Part shown: piece after piece, positions 52,799 to 62,966 of the stretch
How the letters are laid out: each line of letters begins with the position of its first letter
Position numbering within the stretch: position 1 is the stretch's first letter
NCBI GenBank assembly: GCA_963806225.1
Contig: CAWDXG010000004.1
Coordinates: forward strand, 1,120,001 to 1,184,000
Length of the DNA: 64,000 bases
Direction of reading: 5' to 3'
Origin: an uncultured delta proteobacterium
GTDB lineage: Bacteria > Myxococcota_A > Polyangia > Polyangiales > Polyangiaceae
Translations under genes and position numbers: made by a program
The notes under the pieces: model-generated
What the model saw: the letters and a program-made list of their open reading frames with translations, nothing else
Database searches by the model: none
What the model was told of the DNA's origin: nothing

Positions 52799-54775
52799 TC
52801 AGTATCCGGTGCGGCGGATCGCGTGGTACGCGCTGGACGCCGTGCGGTAGCCGGCGACGCAGCCGTACGAGCAGCCCTTGCACTCGTAGGCGTAGATCGA
52901 GCCCCAGCCGTCACCCTTCTTGTACATGAAGATGTGCCCGTGGCTGCCGCTGCGGTACACGAACGCGTCCGCGGCCTTGACGTTGCTCCGCGACACCGTC
53001 GTCCACAAGCTGGTGTCGTAGTAGAAGTTGGCCGTGCTGTACGGGTGCGAATCGACGCTCAGGTCGGAGTTGCTAGACGGCACCTGCCAGATCTTCGCAA
53101 TGTATCCGGAGCAATCCCCGCCGTAGTAGCCGCCGTGGGAGCAGCTGGGGCAGCTGCCGTTGCACGATCCGGCGGTGCTGCTCGTGGGGCCCGTGGGGAG
53201 GAAGCGGCCATGGCCCCACCAGTACGAGAAGCCGACGCCGGCCTGCGCGCGATCGAGCGCGGCCTGTACCACGGCGGAGTATTGCGAGCTGCCGCCGCCG
53301 CTGCCCGCGCTGCCGCCGCTGCCCGCCGTTCCGCCCGCGCCGGCGCTGCCACCGCTTCCGCTCGTTCCACCGCTACCGCCGCTTCCGCTCGTGCCGCCAC
53401 CGCCGCCCGTGCCCGCGCCGTCCGGCTCGAGGCCGATCGATCCCCAGGTGTCCGAGCCGCTGTCGACGTGGATCGTCTCGGTGGCGGTCTGGTAGCCCGG
53501 TGCGGACACGTTCAGGACGTAGTCGCCCGGCGCGAGCTGGAGCGACCAGAAGGCGTCCCCCGCGCGCGCCGTCGTGGAGGAGCCGCCGACGACGTTCACG
53601 GTGGCGCTGGGGACGCGCACGTTGCCGCTCGCCGTCGGCGAGGACGTCTGCGACAAATCCCACACCACGCCGAGCGCGCGCCCCGGCGACTCGGTCGGGC
53701 CCTGCGCGGGGGGCTGCGCAGCGCCGTCGGCCATCGTGATCAGATCGGGAATGCGTGCTTCCAGGCCGTCGCCAGGGCACTCGGTGCTCGCGCCGGCATG
53801 GTCACGGTGGCCCTTGATGTCGGCGGGCGACGGCGAGATGTTGAACTTCTGCGCGAGGGCGTGCATGACGTGACCCGCGCCCTCGATGGCGGCTTCCGTG
53901 GGCACGTTCGAGCTGGAGATGCCATCGCACGCGCCCTTCTGGAAGCAGCCCACGAACGAGACGCCGATGTTGCCCGTGTTCTGGTGGGCTACGTGCGCGC
54001 CCATCCTGTCCACCGGGCGGCCTTCCCACACGCGGCCATCCTCGGTGACGAGGAAGTGGTAGCCGATGTCGCACCAGCCGCGCGTGTCCTGGTGATACGC
54101 CTGGATCGAGCGGATGCGCGCCGCGTAGCCGCCGGACGACGAGGGCGGCGTGAAGGTGTGGTGGATCGCCATGCGATACTTGTTCGCGTCCTTGCTCGAG
54201 CAGCGCGCCGGCCGCGCATTCCATGCTGAACGCGGCTGCACCAGGCCGATCAAGCTCGACGACAGTCCCTGGCTCTTGGAGCCCACGCCCGACGAGGGCT
54301 GCGAGTCGCCCGCAGCGATCTCCGCCGGCGTCACGGCGTCGTAGATCATGTTCTGGATGAGCTTGATCTGCTCCGACGGGATGCGGATCTGCGTCGCGGT
54401 CACGCTCTCGCCGAGGTCCGCGCGCGCCACCAGATGCGGCGCCTCGTGCCAGGTGATCTCGGCCGGCACCCAATCGGTCTTCGTGCCGTCCTCGCGCACG
54501 CCGCGCACCTCGGGGGTCACCTTGGAGCTGCCGACGTCCGCCCACAGATCAAACAGGAAGCCGCCGCGCGTCGCGAGCCCGCCCGCCTGGATCACCTTCG
54601 AGACGGCGTAGCCGCCCTCGTCGGTGAACTGCGACAGATCCGCGGTGCCGAACACCACGTCGTCCCCGGCGCCGGTGCCGTGACCGGTTGGCAAGTGGCG
54701 CTCGCCCACTGCCGGCGAACAGGCGACGGCGAACAGAACGAAGCCCAGGATGACCCAATGGAGGAAGCGGCTCAT
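52799..54775 (-). CDS. Lipoprotein peptidoglycan hydrolase: amidase_2 (PGRP-like) plus beta-sandwich, Gly linker and NlpC/P60-like domain
   Basis: Lipobox AVAC; AIHHT, GWCDIGYHF, EGR, GAHV, GHRD, TECPG; YWWG..DCSGY..HGHIF..YE. Confidence 0.85.
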   Translation of the reverse strand: MSRFLHWVILGFVLFAVACSPAVGERHLPTGHGTGAGDDVVFGTADLSQFTDEGGYAVSKVIQAGGLATRGGFLFDLWADVGSSKVTPEVRGVREDGTKTDWVPAEITWHEAPHLVARADLGESVTATQIRIPSEQIKLIQNMIYDAVTPAEIAAGDSQPSSGVGSKSQGLSSSLIGLVQPRSAWNARPARCSSKDANKYRMAIHHTFTPPSSSGGYAARIRSIQAYHQDTRGWCDIGYHFLVTEDGRVWEGRPVDRMGAHVAHQNTGNIGVSFVGCFQKGACDGISSSNVPTEAAIEGAGHVMHALAQKFNISPSPADIKGHRDHAGASTECPGDGLEARIPDLITMADGAAQPPAQGPTESPGRALGVVWDLSQTSSPTASGNVRVPSATVNVVGGSSTTARAGDAFWSLQLAPGDYVLNVSAPGYQTATETIHVDSGSDTWGSIGLEPDGAGTGGGGGTSGSGGSGGTSGSGGSAGAGGTAGSGGSAGSGGGSSQYSAVVQAALDRAQAGVGFSYWWGHGRFLPTGPTSSTAGSCNGSCPSCSHGGYYGGDCSGYIAKIWQVPSSNSDLSVDSHPYSTANFYYDTSLWTTVSRSNVKAADAFVYRSGSHGHIFMYKKGDGWGSIYAYECKGCSYGCVAGYRTASSAYHAIRRTGY

Positions 54776-54786
54776 GGCCACCATGG

Positions 54787-54802
54787 AGCAGACACCGTGC
54801 CA
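54787..54802 (-). promoter_or_regulatory. sigma54 (-24/-12) promoter of the peptidoglycan hydrolase gene
   Basis: Minus strand TGGCACGGTGTCTGCT versus TGGCACG-N4-TTGCW (one mismatch). Confidence 0.7.
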
Positions 54803-54868
54803 GCCGCTTCAAGTGGGGATTTCCCCTGATTTTGTTGCCTGTCCGGCGCGAGAATCGTCCGGAAGCGT

Positions 54869-54908
54869 CCGGACGGCGCCGGACGGTGCCGGACGGCGCC
54901 GGACGGTT
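54869..54908. repeat. Intergenic 10-bp tandem repeat x4 (CCGGACGG(C/T)(G/T)) with degenerate flanking copies
   Basis: ccggacggcg ccggacggtg ccggacggcg ccggacggtt. Confidence 0.85.
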
Positions 54909-55010
54909 CCCGGACCGCGTCACGCTTGCCGTCCTGCGGCCCCCACCTCACCTCGCGCACTAGACGAGCCTGCCTCCGGATTGGCGCGACTCTCACGCCT
55001 GCTCGGCGCT

Positions 55011-55670
55011 CTAGCCTTCTTCCGGCTTCTTCTTCGGATCCGGGGCTGGCTGGGCAGGCTCTTCGGGGGCGAGCCCGGGCGCGTCGGGATCGGCGTAGCC
55101 GCCGGCGGCGAGCCGGGCTTGCATCGCGGTGGCCGCGCCAGGGGCTTCGGCCTGCGCCGCGTCGAGCATCTGCTGGCCGAACGCTTCGAGCTGTTCCTGA
55201 CCGCCCAACGCCGCAACGAGCTTGTCCTGCATCGTCGCCAACGCCGCGTTGTCGCCCGTTGTCACGGCTTGCATCAGCTCCGCAATCGTGTCGCCGCCAA
55301 GCGCACCCATCACCTGGCCCACCATGTTCGCAAGGCTGCCGTCGGGCGCGTCTGCAAGCGCTGCCGGCACGGGGTCCACGCTCACGAGCGGCGCCCACTC
55401 GCCCGCTTCGCCGATCTCCTCGATCACCCCTTCGTAGCTGCGCGCCTCCGGTTCCACCACGTCCGGGATCAGGAACACGCCACGCGGATCGTCGTGCTGG
55501 TCGAGCGCAGCGCCAAGCAGTTGGCGTAGCATCGTGCCGAGCTCTTCCAGATCGCCGCCGAAGCGCTGATGCGTGAAAACCAGCACGCCGTCGTCGAGCG
55601 TCTTGAGCAGCTGCCCGGACGGCAGCGGTAGGTCGCGACCCTTCAGCAGCGCGAGCGCGTCGATGGACAT
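55011..55670 (-). CDS. Hypothetical protein
   Basis: 219-aa ORF from MSIDALALLK with coding-like composition; -10-like box 6 nt before ATG. Confidence 0.6.
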   Translation of the reverse strand: MSIDALALLKGRDLPLPSGQLLKTLDDGVLVFTHQRFGGDLEELGTMLRQLLGAALDQHDDPRGVFLIPDVVEPEARSYEGVIEEIGEAGEWAPLVSVDPVPAALADAPDGSLANMVGQVMGALGGDTIAELMQAVTTGDNAALATMQDKLVAALGGQEQLEAFGQQMLDAAQAEAPGAATAMQARLAAGGYADPDAPGLAPEEPAQPAPDPKKKPEEG

Positions 55671-55845
55671 GAACGGCTTGTAGCACGGCGGGACCCATCT
55701 TCGTGCTGTACGGCTCGCTGGGCCGCGACGAGTGGGCTGGCCGCGCAGCACGTGGAGCGTCCAGGCACAGTCCTTCTCCGAGCTCCACGGGGGGAGCGTC
55801 TGGACCGCCCTGTCGGGGCGTCCGCGACATGCGATAGTCCCCCAG

Positions 55846-57714
55846 ATGGCCAAGCGCCCCATCAGGCTTCCGCTCGAGGTCGGAGTCTCCTCGCTGTGGG
55901 GCCTGACCGGTGCGGCGGCCACGCTGCTGCCCGCGCTGGCGATGACCGTGATGGACGTCGTCTTCTACCTGGCCGACGACCGCACGCAGAGCCACTACCC
56001 GGAGTGGGTGCAGTGGGCGGCGCTGGCTTCACTGTCCGCTGTCCTGCTGTTGCCGTACGCGTTCGCGCGAGCGGTAGCAGCTGTGCGCGAGCGTCCGAGC
56101 GACGTTCTGCTCTCGCCGGAAGGACTGCGCGTAGAAGGCGGGGGTTTCGACGGAACGTTCCTCGAGTGGAAGTCCATCGACCCGGGCGCGTCCAGCATCG
56201 AGGTGGAGCACAACAAAGGGCGTTCGCTGGCGCGGATCGCTGTGAACTTGCCGTCGTTCCTGGCGTACGTGGTCCTCGGGACGTGCCTCGGCATTCCCAT
56301 CTGGCTGCTCGACAGCACGATCACCCGGGGTCGGCTGCAGGCAGGCACCCAGCGTCTCTTCTCCCGGCTGCTCGGGCCGGGGCAGTACGACGTGTGGAGC
56401 CTTTCGGTCGCAACCGGCGACGGAACCCGCTTCGTGCTCGCCACTACCGAACGCCCGGTGGAGCGCGACTCGTTCCAGGCTCTGCTCGATTCCATCCGGA
56501 GCCTTGCCGGCGGCACAACGCAGCAGACCCGCGACGACAAGCCAGCGCCGCATGACATCGAAATCCTCCACTGCCCTTCTTGCGGCGCGGCGGCTACGCC
56601 GCACGATTCGGACGGTGTGGCCTGCACGTACTGCGGCGCGACCGTCAGCGTGCCGGACGAGCTGCGCGAGCGGATCCGCGCGCTCTCGGTGGTCGCCGGG
56701 CGGCCCGGGCTCGCGGCGATGGTCGAGCGGCTGCTGGACCAGCCGGGGGCGCGCGCGGTGTCGGGGCGCATGCTGGTGGGCGCCGTCATGATGTTCCTCG
56801 CCTGGCCGGTCGCCTTCGGCGTCGCGGCCTGGCTCAGGGCAGGGCACGTGCTGGTGCTGCAAAATGCGATGCTACTCGCAGCGTTCGCCGTTGCAGCGAT
56901 CCTCGGCGTGAACCTCACGCTCAGGGCCGGCCTCGTGGACCGTCAGGCGCTCCGACTGGTCACGCTCGACCTCGGGGCTCGCCCACCCCCACGCCCAGGC
57001 GCGCCGCCCGGGTGCCACGCCTGCGGCGCCCCGCTCGTCGTCGTGGCCGATCAGCTCGTGGCCCGCTGCGTGTACTGCGGAACGGACAACGTGCTGGGCA
57101 TCGATGTGCGCCGCGAAGCGCGGCCGCTCGGCAGAGCGCGCATCTCGCTCCAGAGCGCGATCGGGAAACGGACGCGCGAACGCTGGCTCTGGCGCTCTCT
57201 CGCGGTCGGAGCGGTCCCGCTGATCGTGTTCGCGGGCTGGACACTCGGTAGAGCGACGCAATACGCCTTCGACCCGCTGCAGTTGCTCAGGGATCAGTGC
57301 GATAGCGGCGAGATGGCGCACTGCCAGGAACTGGGCTTCCACTACGACATCGGCCTGGGAGTGCCGGTAGACGCGCAGAAGGCGATCGAGCTGTACCGAC
57401 GGGCGTGCGCCGGCGGCTATGGGCTGTCGTGCAGCAGTCTGGCGCACAAGCTCGCGAAGGGCTGGGGCGTCCCCCCGGACCCGAGCGGAGCGGCCCACGC
57501 TCTCGAGAAGGGCTGCGAGCTCGGAGAGGCGGACCAGTGCGAGGAACTCGGCCGCGCCTACGAGCAGGGCAAGGGCGTACCCCAGGACAGCAACCGGGCG
57601 CTGGCGCTCTTCCACAAGGCGTGCGCGTCGTCGTTTTCCAGCGCGTGTCGGGAAGAGAAAGCCCTCGCCGCGCAGCGGTCCAGGCGTCGACCATCCCAAG
57701 CTCGCGGCAAGTGA
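55846..57714 (+). CDS. Multi-TM protein with two Zn ribbons and C-terminal Cys-containing Sel1-like repeats
   Basis: CPSCG..CTYCG; CHACG..CVYCG; GLGVPVDAQKAIELYRRAC, GKGVPQDSNRALALFHKAC. Confidence 0.78.
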   Translation: MAKRPIRLPLEVGVSSLWGLTGAAATLLPALAMTVMDVVFYLADDRTQSHYPEWVQWAALASLSAVLLLPYAFARAVAAVRERPSDVLLSPEGLRVEGGGFDGTFLEWKSIDPGASSIEVEHNKGRSLARIAVNLPSFLAYVVLGTCLGIPIWLLDSTITRGRLQAGTQRLFSRLLGPGQYDVWSLSVATGDGTRFVLATTERPVERDSFQALLDSIRSLAGGTTQQTRDDKPAPHDIEILHCPSCGAAATPHDSDGVACTYCGATVSVPDELRERIRALSVVAGRPGLAAMVERLLDQPGARAVSGRMLVGAVMMFLAWPVAFGVAAWLRAGHVLVLQNAMLLAAFAVAAILGVNLTLRAGLVDRQALRLVTLDLGARPPPRPGAPPGCHACGAPLVVVADQLVARCVYCGTDNVLGIDVRREARPLGRARISLQSAIGKRTRERWLWRSLAVGAVPLIVFAGWTLGRATQYAFDPLQLLRDQCDSGEMAHCQELGFHYDIGLGVPVDAQKAIELYRRACAGGYGLSCSSLAHKLAKGWGVPPDPSGAAHALEKGCELGEADQCEELGRAYEQGKGVPQDSNRALALFHKACASSFSSACREEKALAAQRSRRRPSQARGK

Positions 57715-57794
57715 TCCCGAGCCGCTTTCCAGCCGGAGCAGCCTGGGCTGGCCGCGCAGGCGACGTCGCCAGCCGGCGGCGAATACGGCAGGGT

Positions 57795-58868
57795 TCAGAT
57801 CGTATTCTTCTCGATGCTCTCCACGGCCCGGTCGGACAGCATGCCGACCAGCAGGATCAGCGGCGCGAAGCGCTCGTCCTTCGTGAGGCCCTGCTTGTAG
57901 CGATAGTAGATCTGCTGCAGCACGGCGACCGTCTTGAACAAGCCGAAACAGTAGAACCACTGGATGTTCGAGACGTCGCGGCCGGTCTTTTCCGCGTAGC
58001 GATCGGCTAGCTCGCGACGCGTCATGCTGCCCGGTTCAGCGGTGGGGCCCATGCCCACCTGCCTCAACACATCGCCGTCGCCGGCCTCGATCCAGTAGCT
58101 GAGCGAGGTCCCCAGATCCATCAGCGGATCGCCGAGCGTGCTCATCTCCCAGTCGAGCACACCGATGATGCGCGTGGGGTCGGCCGGGTCCAGCACGACG
58201 TTGTCGAGCTTGTAGTCGTTGTGGATGAGCGCAGCGCCGCTCTCGGCCGGCATGGTGTCGGCGAGCCACTTCGCCACGCGATCGACGCTCTCGATCTGGT
58301 CGGTCTGCGAGGCGTGGTAGCGCTTGGTCCAGCCCGTCACCTGCCGCTCGATGTAGCCGGCCGGTTTGCCCAGATCCCCGAGCCCGGCCTGCTCGTAATC
58401 GAGGCCGTGGAGCACCGCCAGATTGTCGATCAGGTTCTCGTTCAAGCGGCGGATCTGCTCCGCCGATATCGAAAGCCCCGGCGGCAGTTCCTTTCGCAGG
58501 ATGATGCCTTCGATGCGCCGCATCACGTAGAACTTCGCGCCCAGCACGCTCTCGTCCTCGCAGTAGACCAGCGGCTCCGGCGCAAGCGGATACACTGCGT
58601 GGAGCCGCGACAGGACGCGGTACTCGCGTCCCATGTCGTGCGCCGTCTTCACCTTGCTGCCGAAAGGCGGTCGCCGGAGCACGTAGCCGCCGCCGCCCGC
58701 GCGGACCAGATACGTCAAGTTCGAGTGGCCGCTCGGGAACTGCTCGATGCTGAGCTCGGCGTGGTCACCGATTTCGTCGATGTGCTCTCTGAGATACGCG
58801 GCTAGCGGCTCGAGATCGAGCTCCTCTCCTTGCCGTACACTGCGCGGACTGTCGATCAACTCGCTCAC
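57795..58868 (-). CDS. APH-like phosphotransferase (ACAD10/11 kinase, LvaA-like)
   Basis: QFPSGHSNLTY, VLRRPP, AHDMGREY, IHNDYKLDN, VLDWEMSTLGDPLMDL. Confidence 0.9.
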   Translation of the reverse strand: MSELIDSPRSVRQGEELDLEPLAAYLREHIDEIGDHAELSIEQFPSGHSNLTYLVRAGGGGYVLRRPPFGSKVKTAHDMGREYRVLSRLHAVYPLAPEPLVYCEDESVLGAKFYVMRRIEGIILRKELPPGLSISAEQIRRLNENLIDNLAVLHGLDYEQAGLGDLGKPAGYIERQVTGWTKRYHASQTDQIESVDRVAKWLADTMPAESGAALIHNDYKLDNVVLDPADPTRIIGVLDWEMSTLGDPLMDLGTSLSYWIEAGDGDVLRQVGMGPTAEPGSMTRRELADRYAEKTGRDVSNIQWFYCFGLFKTVAVLQQIYYRYKQGLTKDERFAPLILLVGMLSDRAVESIEKNTI

Positions 58869-60091
58869 CCGGACCCTCCTTGTGCCTGCGCTCCGACCTC
58901 CAGCCCGTAGCGCTTGAGGATACGCCGCGCCACGGCGACTTTGTGCACCTCGTCGGGGCCATCATAGATGCGCGCGGCGCGTTCGTGGCGAAACCAGCCC
59001 GACAGCGGCGTATCCTCCGTGATGCCGAGCGCCCCGTGGGTCTGGATAGCCCGGTCCAACACCTTCGAGAGCACGCCCGCCGCATGGAACTTGATGCACG
59101 AGATCTCGTCGCGTGCCGCGTAGAGTCCCTGCTGGTCGACTTTCCAGGCCGCGTGCAGCACCATCAGCCGTGCCGCGTCGATCTCGGCGCGGCTCTCGGC
59201 GATCCATTCCTGGATGATCTGCCGCGTGCCGAGCAGGCGCCCCGGCGCGATCTCCCGCGTCGCCGCGCGCCGGCACATCATGTCGAACGCGCGCTCGCAG
59301 ATCCCCATCCAGCGCATGCAGTGGTGGATGCGCCCGGGGCCGAGCCGCTCCTGCGCGATCGCGAAACCCGCGCCCTGCGTGCCGAGCAGGTTTGCCCTGG
59401 GGACGCGGCAGTTGCTGTACTCGATCTCGCCGTGGCTGAGCCAATCGCTGCCGGCCTCGCCCATGATGGGGATGTTCCTCACCAGCCTGAAGCCGGGCGT
59501 GTCCGTGGGAACGATGATCTGGCTCGCGCGCGAATACGGCTGCGCGTCCGGATCCGTCACAGCCATCACGATCGCGAACGCCGCGCCTTCGGCGGCGGTC
59601 GTGAACCATTTCTTCCCATTGATGACGAAGTCGTCGCCATCGACCACCGCCGTGGTGTCCATCCAGGTCGGATTGGACCCGGCGCGGTCCGGCTCGGTCA
59701 TCGAGAAGCAGCTGCGGATCTCCCCTGCCGCCAGCGGTCGCAACCAGCGCGCTTTCTGCTCGTCGGTGCCGAAGCGGGCCAGGATCTCGATGTTGCCGGC
59801 GTCGGGCGCCTGGCAGCCGAAGGCGTAGTGGCCGATCGGGCTCTGTCCGAGCACCTCGCTCACGAGCGCGTGCTCGCGGAAGTCGAGCCCCATGCCGCCC
59901 CACTCTTCCGGCACCTCGGGCGCCCACAGCCCCGCCTCCTTCACCCGGCCGCGCAGCTCGGCGAGCCGCGGAACGTTGTCGCGGAACTCGCGCCCCGCAA
60001 GCTCCCGCTCGAGCGGCACCACCTCGGCCTGCATCAACTCCTCGAATCGAGGCAGGAGCTGCTTCATCCGCCCGGGCATGTCGAACTGCAT
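58865..60091 (-). CDS. Acyl-CoA dehydrogenase (ACAD10/11, LvaC-like)
   Basis: CQAPDAGNIE, IRSCFSMTEP, AQERLGPGRIHHCMR, RIYDGPDEVH. Confidence 0.92.
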   Translation of the reverse strand: MQFDMPGRMKQLLPRFEELMQAEVVPLERELAGREFRDNVPRLAELRGRVKEAGLWAPEVPEEWGGMGLDFREHALVSEVLGQSPIGHYAFGCQAPDAGNIEILARFGTDEQKARWLRPLAAGEIRSCFSMTEPDRAGSNPTWMDTTAVVDGDDFVINGKKWFTTAAEGAAFAIVMAVTDPDAQPYSRASQIIVPTDTPGFRLVRNIPIMGEAGSDWLSHGEIEYSNCRVPRANLLGTQGAGFAIAQERLGPGRIHHCMRWMGICERAFDMMCRRAATREIAPGRLLGTRQIIQEWIAESRAEIDAARLMVLHAAWKVDQQGLYAARDEISCIKFHAAGVLSKVLDRAIQTHGALGITEDTPLSGWFRHERAARIYDGPDEVHKVAVARRILKRYGLEVGAQAQGGSG

Positions 60092-60136
60092 GCCCCGTCA
60101 TACCGCAGGCTGGAGCGGCGGACGATCGGCGAACGG

Positions 60137-60752
60137 CTAGTCGATCGAGAACGTCCTGCGAGGCGTCGGAGCTGGCGTCGACCGACACGTCGGGCTGTGC
60201 GTCCGCGCCGGCATCGGCTCCGGCAGTGCCGCCCGCACCGGATGTGCCGCCCGCACCGGATGTACCGCCCGCGCCGGATGTGCCGCCCGCACCGGATGTA
60301 CCGCCCGCACCGGATGTACCGCCCGCGCCGGATGTACCGCCCGCGCCACCTGTGCTTGGGCCGCCGTCCCCAGCCTGGGCGACGCAGCCGTTGCCGGTGT
60401 CGGTGCCACACGGACCCGCAGGCGCCACGCAACAGGGCTGCCCGAAACCGTTGGTCGGACAGAACGCCGGGTTGCAGCCAGCGTCGCTGCCCCCACCGAC
60501 GCCGCCGAAACCGCTGCCGCCGGTCGCGCCGCTGCCGCCGGTCGCGCCGCTGCCGCCGGTCGCGCCGCTGCCGCCGGTCGCGCCGCTACCGCCGGTCGCG
60601 CCGCTGCCGCCTGTACCCGCGGCGCCACCCGCGCTGCCCGTCGGCAGCCCGCTGTTCTGGGTGCTGGCGCAGGACACCGCCAGTGCCGCTGCGGACGCCC
60701 AGACTAGAAGCTGCACCGCTGACCGCAGCCGTCTCCGTTCCAGTTCAAGCAT
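60137..60752 (-). CDS. Gly-rich lipoprotein with a central Cys-rich module (ends uncertain, probable indel)
   Basis: Lipobox AVSC; GGSGAT repeats; CNPAFCP..CC..CG..C; GGTSGA repeats; DAG motifs. Confidence 0.6.
60226..60611 (-). repeat. Two blocks of 18-bp coding repeats (GGTSGA x6, GGSGAT x4-5)
   Basis: Units gccgcccgcaccggatgt and gccgctgccgccggtcgc on the + strand. Confidence 0.8.
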
Positions 60753-60893
60753 CCGCAATCTTCCCGCGCATCGCGCCCATCGTACCCCGCAGAGACCGGA
60801 GCCAGTCTACATGACGCGGCTGGGCTTCGCTACATCGGCGCCGGATGGCCGGCACGGCCGCCGCCGACGCCGCAGATACGTGGACGCATTGCG

Positions 60894-62105
60894 TCAGGAG
60901 CGCGTTTTCCCGTCGCGCAGGGCCTCGAGACGGAGCCGCAGCGCGTTCAGGCGGATGAAGCCTGTCGCATCGGTCTGGTCGTAGACGCTGTCCTGCTCGA
61001 ACGTGACGAAATCCTCGCGATAGAGCGAATACGGGCTCCTGCGCCCCACCACGGTCACGTTGCCCTTGTACAGCTTCATCCGCACCGTGCCGCTCACCAC
61101 GGTCTGGATGGAATCGCACATGGTCTGGAGCATCTCGCGTTCCGGCGAGAACCAGAACCCGCGATAGACGAGCGTCGAGTACTCGGGAACGAGCCCGTCC
61201 CGAATGCGGATCTGCTCGCGGTCGAGCGTGATCGACTCCATCGCGCGATGCGCCTTGTGGAGCACGGTGCCCCCCGGCGTCTCGTACACGCCGCGCGACT
61301 TCATCCCCACGTAGCGGCTCTCGACAATGTCCACGCGCCCGACACCGTGGCGCCCCGCAATGGTGTTCATTCGCGACAAGAGCTCGACGGGCTCGAGCGC
61401 CTCGCCGTTGATCGCCACCGGATTGCCCGCGTCGAAGTCGATCTCGAGATACTCGGGCTCGTCAGGGGCGTCCTCGGGGTCCTTCGTCAGGATGAACATG
61501 TCGCGCGGCGGTTCGACCCACGGATCCTCGAGGATTCCGCCCTCGAACGACAGGTGGAGCAGATTCCGATCCATGGAGTATGGCTTTTCCGCCGTCGCCG
61601 TGACTGGGATGCCGTGGGTCTTCGCATACTGGATGCAGTCGGTGCGCGACTTCAGATCCCACTCGCGCCAGGGCGCGATCACCTGGACTCCGGGGTCGAA
61701 ATGCGCCGCGCCAAGCTCGAACCGGACCTGGTCATTGCCCTTGCCGGTCGCACCATGCGCGATCGCGTCGGCCCCCGTCTGCGCGACGGTCTTCATCATG
61801 CCTTCAATGATGCAGGGCCGGGCCAGCGACGTGCCGAGCAGATACTCGCCCTCGTAGAGCGCGCCCACTCGCAGCGCCGGGAACACGAAGTCGCGGACGA
61901 AGCCCGCTCTGAGGTCCAGCTGCACATAGGCCGCCGCGCCCGTCGCCTTGGCCTTGTCCTCGAGACCGTCGAGCTCCTCGGCCTGGCCCACATCGGCGCA
62001 CCACGCCACGACCTCGCACGAGTACTTCTCCTTCAGCCAACGCAGGATCACGCTGGTGTCCAACCCGCCCGAGTAGGCGAGCACGACCTTTTCCACTTTC
62101 TTCAC
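60894..62105 (-). CDS. argG: Argininosuccinate synthase
   Basis: [48 protein letters not shown]. Confidence 0.97.
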   Translation of the reverse strand: MKKVEKVVLAYSGGLDTSVILRWLKEKYSCEVVAWCADVGQAEELDGLEDKAKATGAAAYVQLDLRAGFVRDFVFPALRVGALYEGEYLLGTSLARPCIIEGMMKTVAQTGADAIAHGATGKGNDQVRFELGAAHFDPGVQVIAPWREWDLKSRTDCIQYAKTHGIPVTATAEKPYSMDRNLLHLSFEGGILEDPWVEPPRDMFILTKDPEDAPDEPEYLEIDFDAGNPVAINGEALEPVELLSRMNTIAGRHGVGRVDIVESRYVGMKSRGVYETPGGTVLHKAHRAMESITLDREQIRIRDGLVPEYSTLVYRGFWFSPEREMLQTMCDSIQTVVSGTVRMKLYKGNVTVVGRRSPYSLYREDFVTFEQDSVYDQTDATGFIRLNALRLRLEALRDGKTRS

Positions 62106-62908
62106 AGAAGCTCCTTGTCCGGATTCTCGAGCGCTTCGCAGAAGCGCTTCGCCAGCCTGCCCGCCTGGTAGCCGTCCAGAATGCGGTGGTCGAACGTGGC
62201 GCCGATGGTGAGCGTGGGGCGGGCGACGACCTGCCCATCTAGCACAGCCGGCGCGTCGTGCACTGCGCCAACGGTCAGGACGATGGGACCGCGCGAAGGC
62301 GGGAACAGCGGCGCGTGGCCGGTGGTCAGGCCGAAACCGGCCACGCTGGTGACCATTGCCGAGCCGAAGGCGTCGTAGGGAATGCCCAGCTTCGACAGGT
62401 CGAGGTCAAAGTCGTAGGTCAGCGTCTCGCCCAGCTTCATGGCCGCGCGGATCAGGGCGGGCGGGAGCGCTCCCAGCCGCCTCGCGCTCACCTGGGTCGG
62501 ATCGTTGCCGCGCTCGCGGATCCGTTCGGTGGCCCGGGCCAGGTCATCGGCGATGCGCGCCACGCTCTTCTCGTCGACGTTGTCGACCTTCGCCCCGGCC
62601 AGGTTCTCCCCGCCTTCGAAGGCGACCTGGAAGAACACATCGATCGAGTCGCGCGCGTAGAGCCGCCCGCGACGCACGATGGCGTTCACCTCCGGGCGCT
62701 CCGCGATGGCGATCGCCACGGCCTTGCCCACCAGATGCGTCAACGTGATGCGGCGGCCGCTCTGTTCGCGGAGCTTCTGCACGTGCGCCACCAGGGGCCG
62801 CGCGTCGATGTCGACAACGCCGTAGACGGTGGGATCGACCGGGCTCTTCCAGGCATGCAGCGCCATCGTGCGCCAGCTCGAGACCCGTTCCAGACGATGA
62901 AAAGTCAT
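62102..62908 (-). CDS. Stand-alone 2-oxoacid dehydrogenase E2-type acyltransferase catalytic domain
   Basis: [34 protein letters not shown]; no lipoyl domain. Confidence 0.85.
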   Translation of the reverse strand: MTFHRLERVSSWRTMALHAWKSPVDPTVYGVVDIDARPLVAHVQKLREQSGRRITLTHLVGKAVAIAIAERPEVNAIVRRGRLYARDSIDVFFQVAFEGGENLAGAKVDNVDEKSVARIADDLARATERIRERGNDPTQVSARRLGALPPALIRAAMKLGETLTYDFDLDLSKLGIPYDAFGSAMVTSVAGFGLTTGHAPLFPPSRGPIVLTVGAVHDAPAVLDGQVVARPTLTIGATFDHRILDGYQAGRLAKRFCEALENPDKELL

Positions 62909-62966
62909 TTCTACCCCTTTATCACCATAACCAGCCGGACGAGCCCGCGCGCAGACTATGGCGGGG

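Noticed and set aside
57795..58868. Aminoglycoside phosphotransferase as a resistance gene
   Set aside because: Motifs and coupling to an acyl-CoA dehydrogenase fit the ACAD10/11-LvaA metabolic kinases
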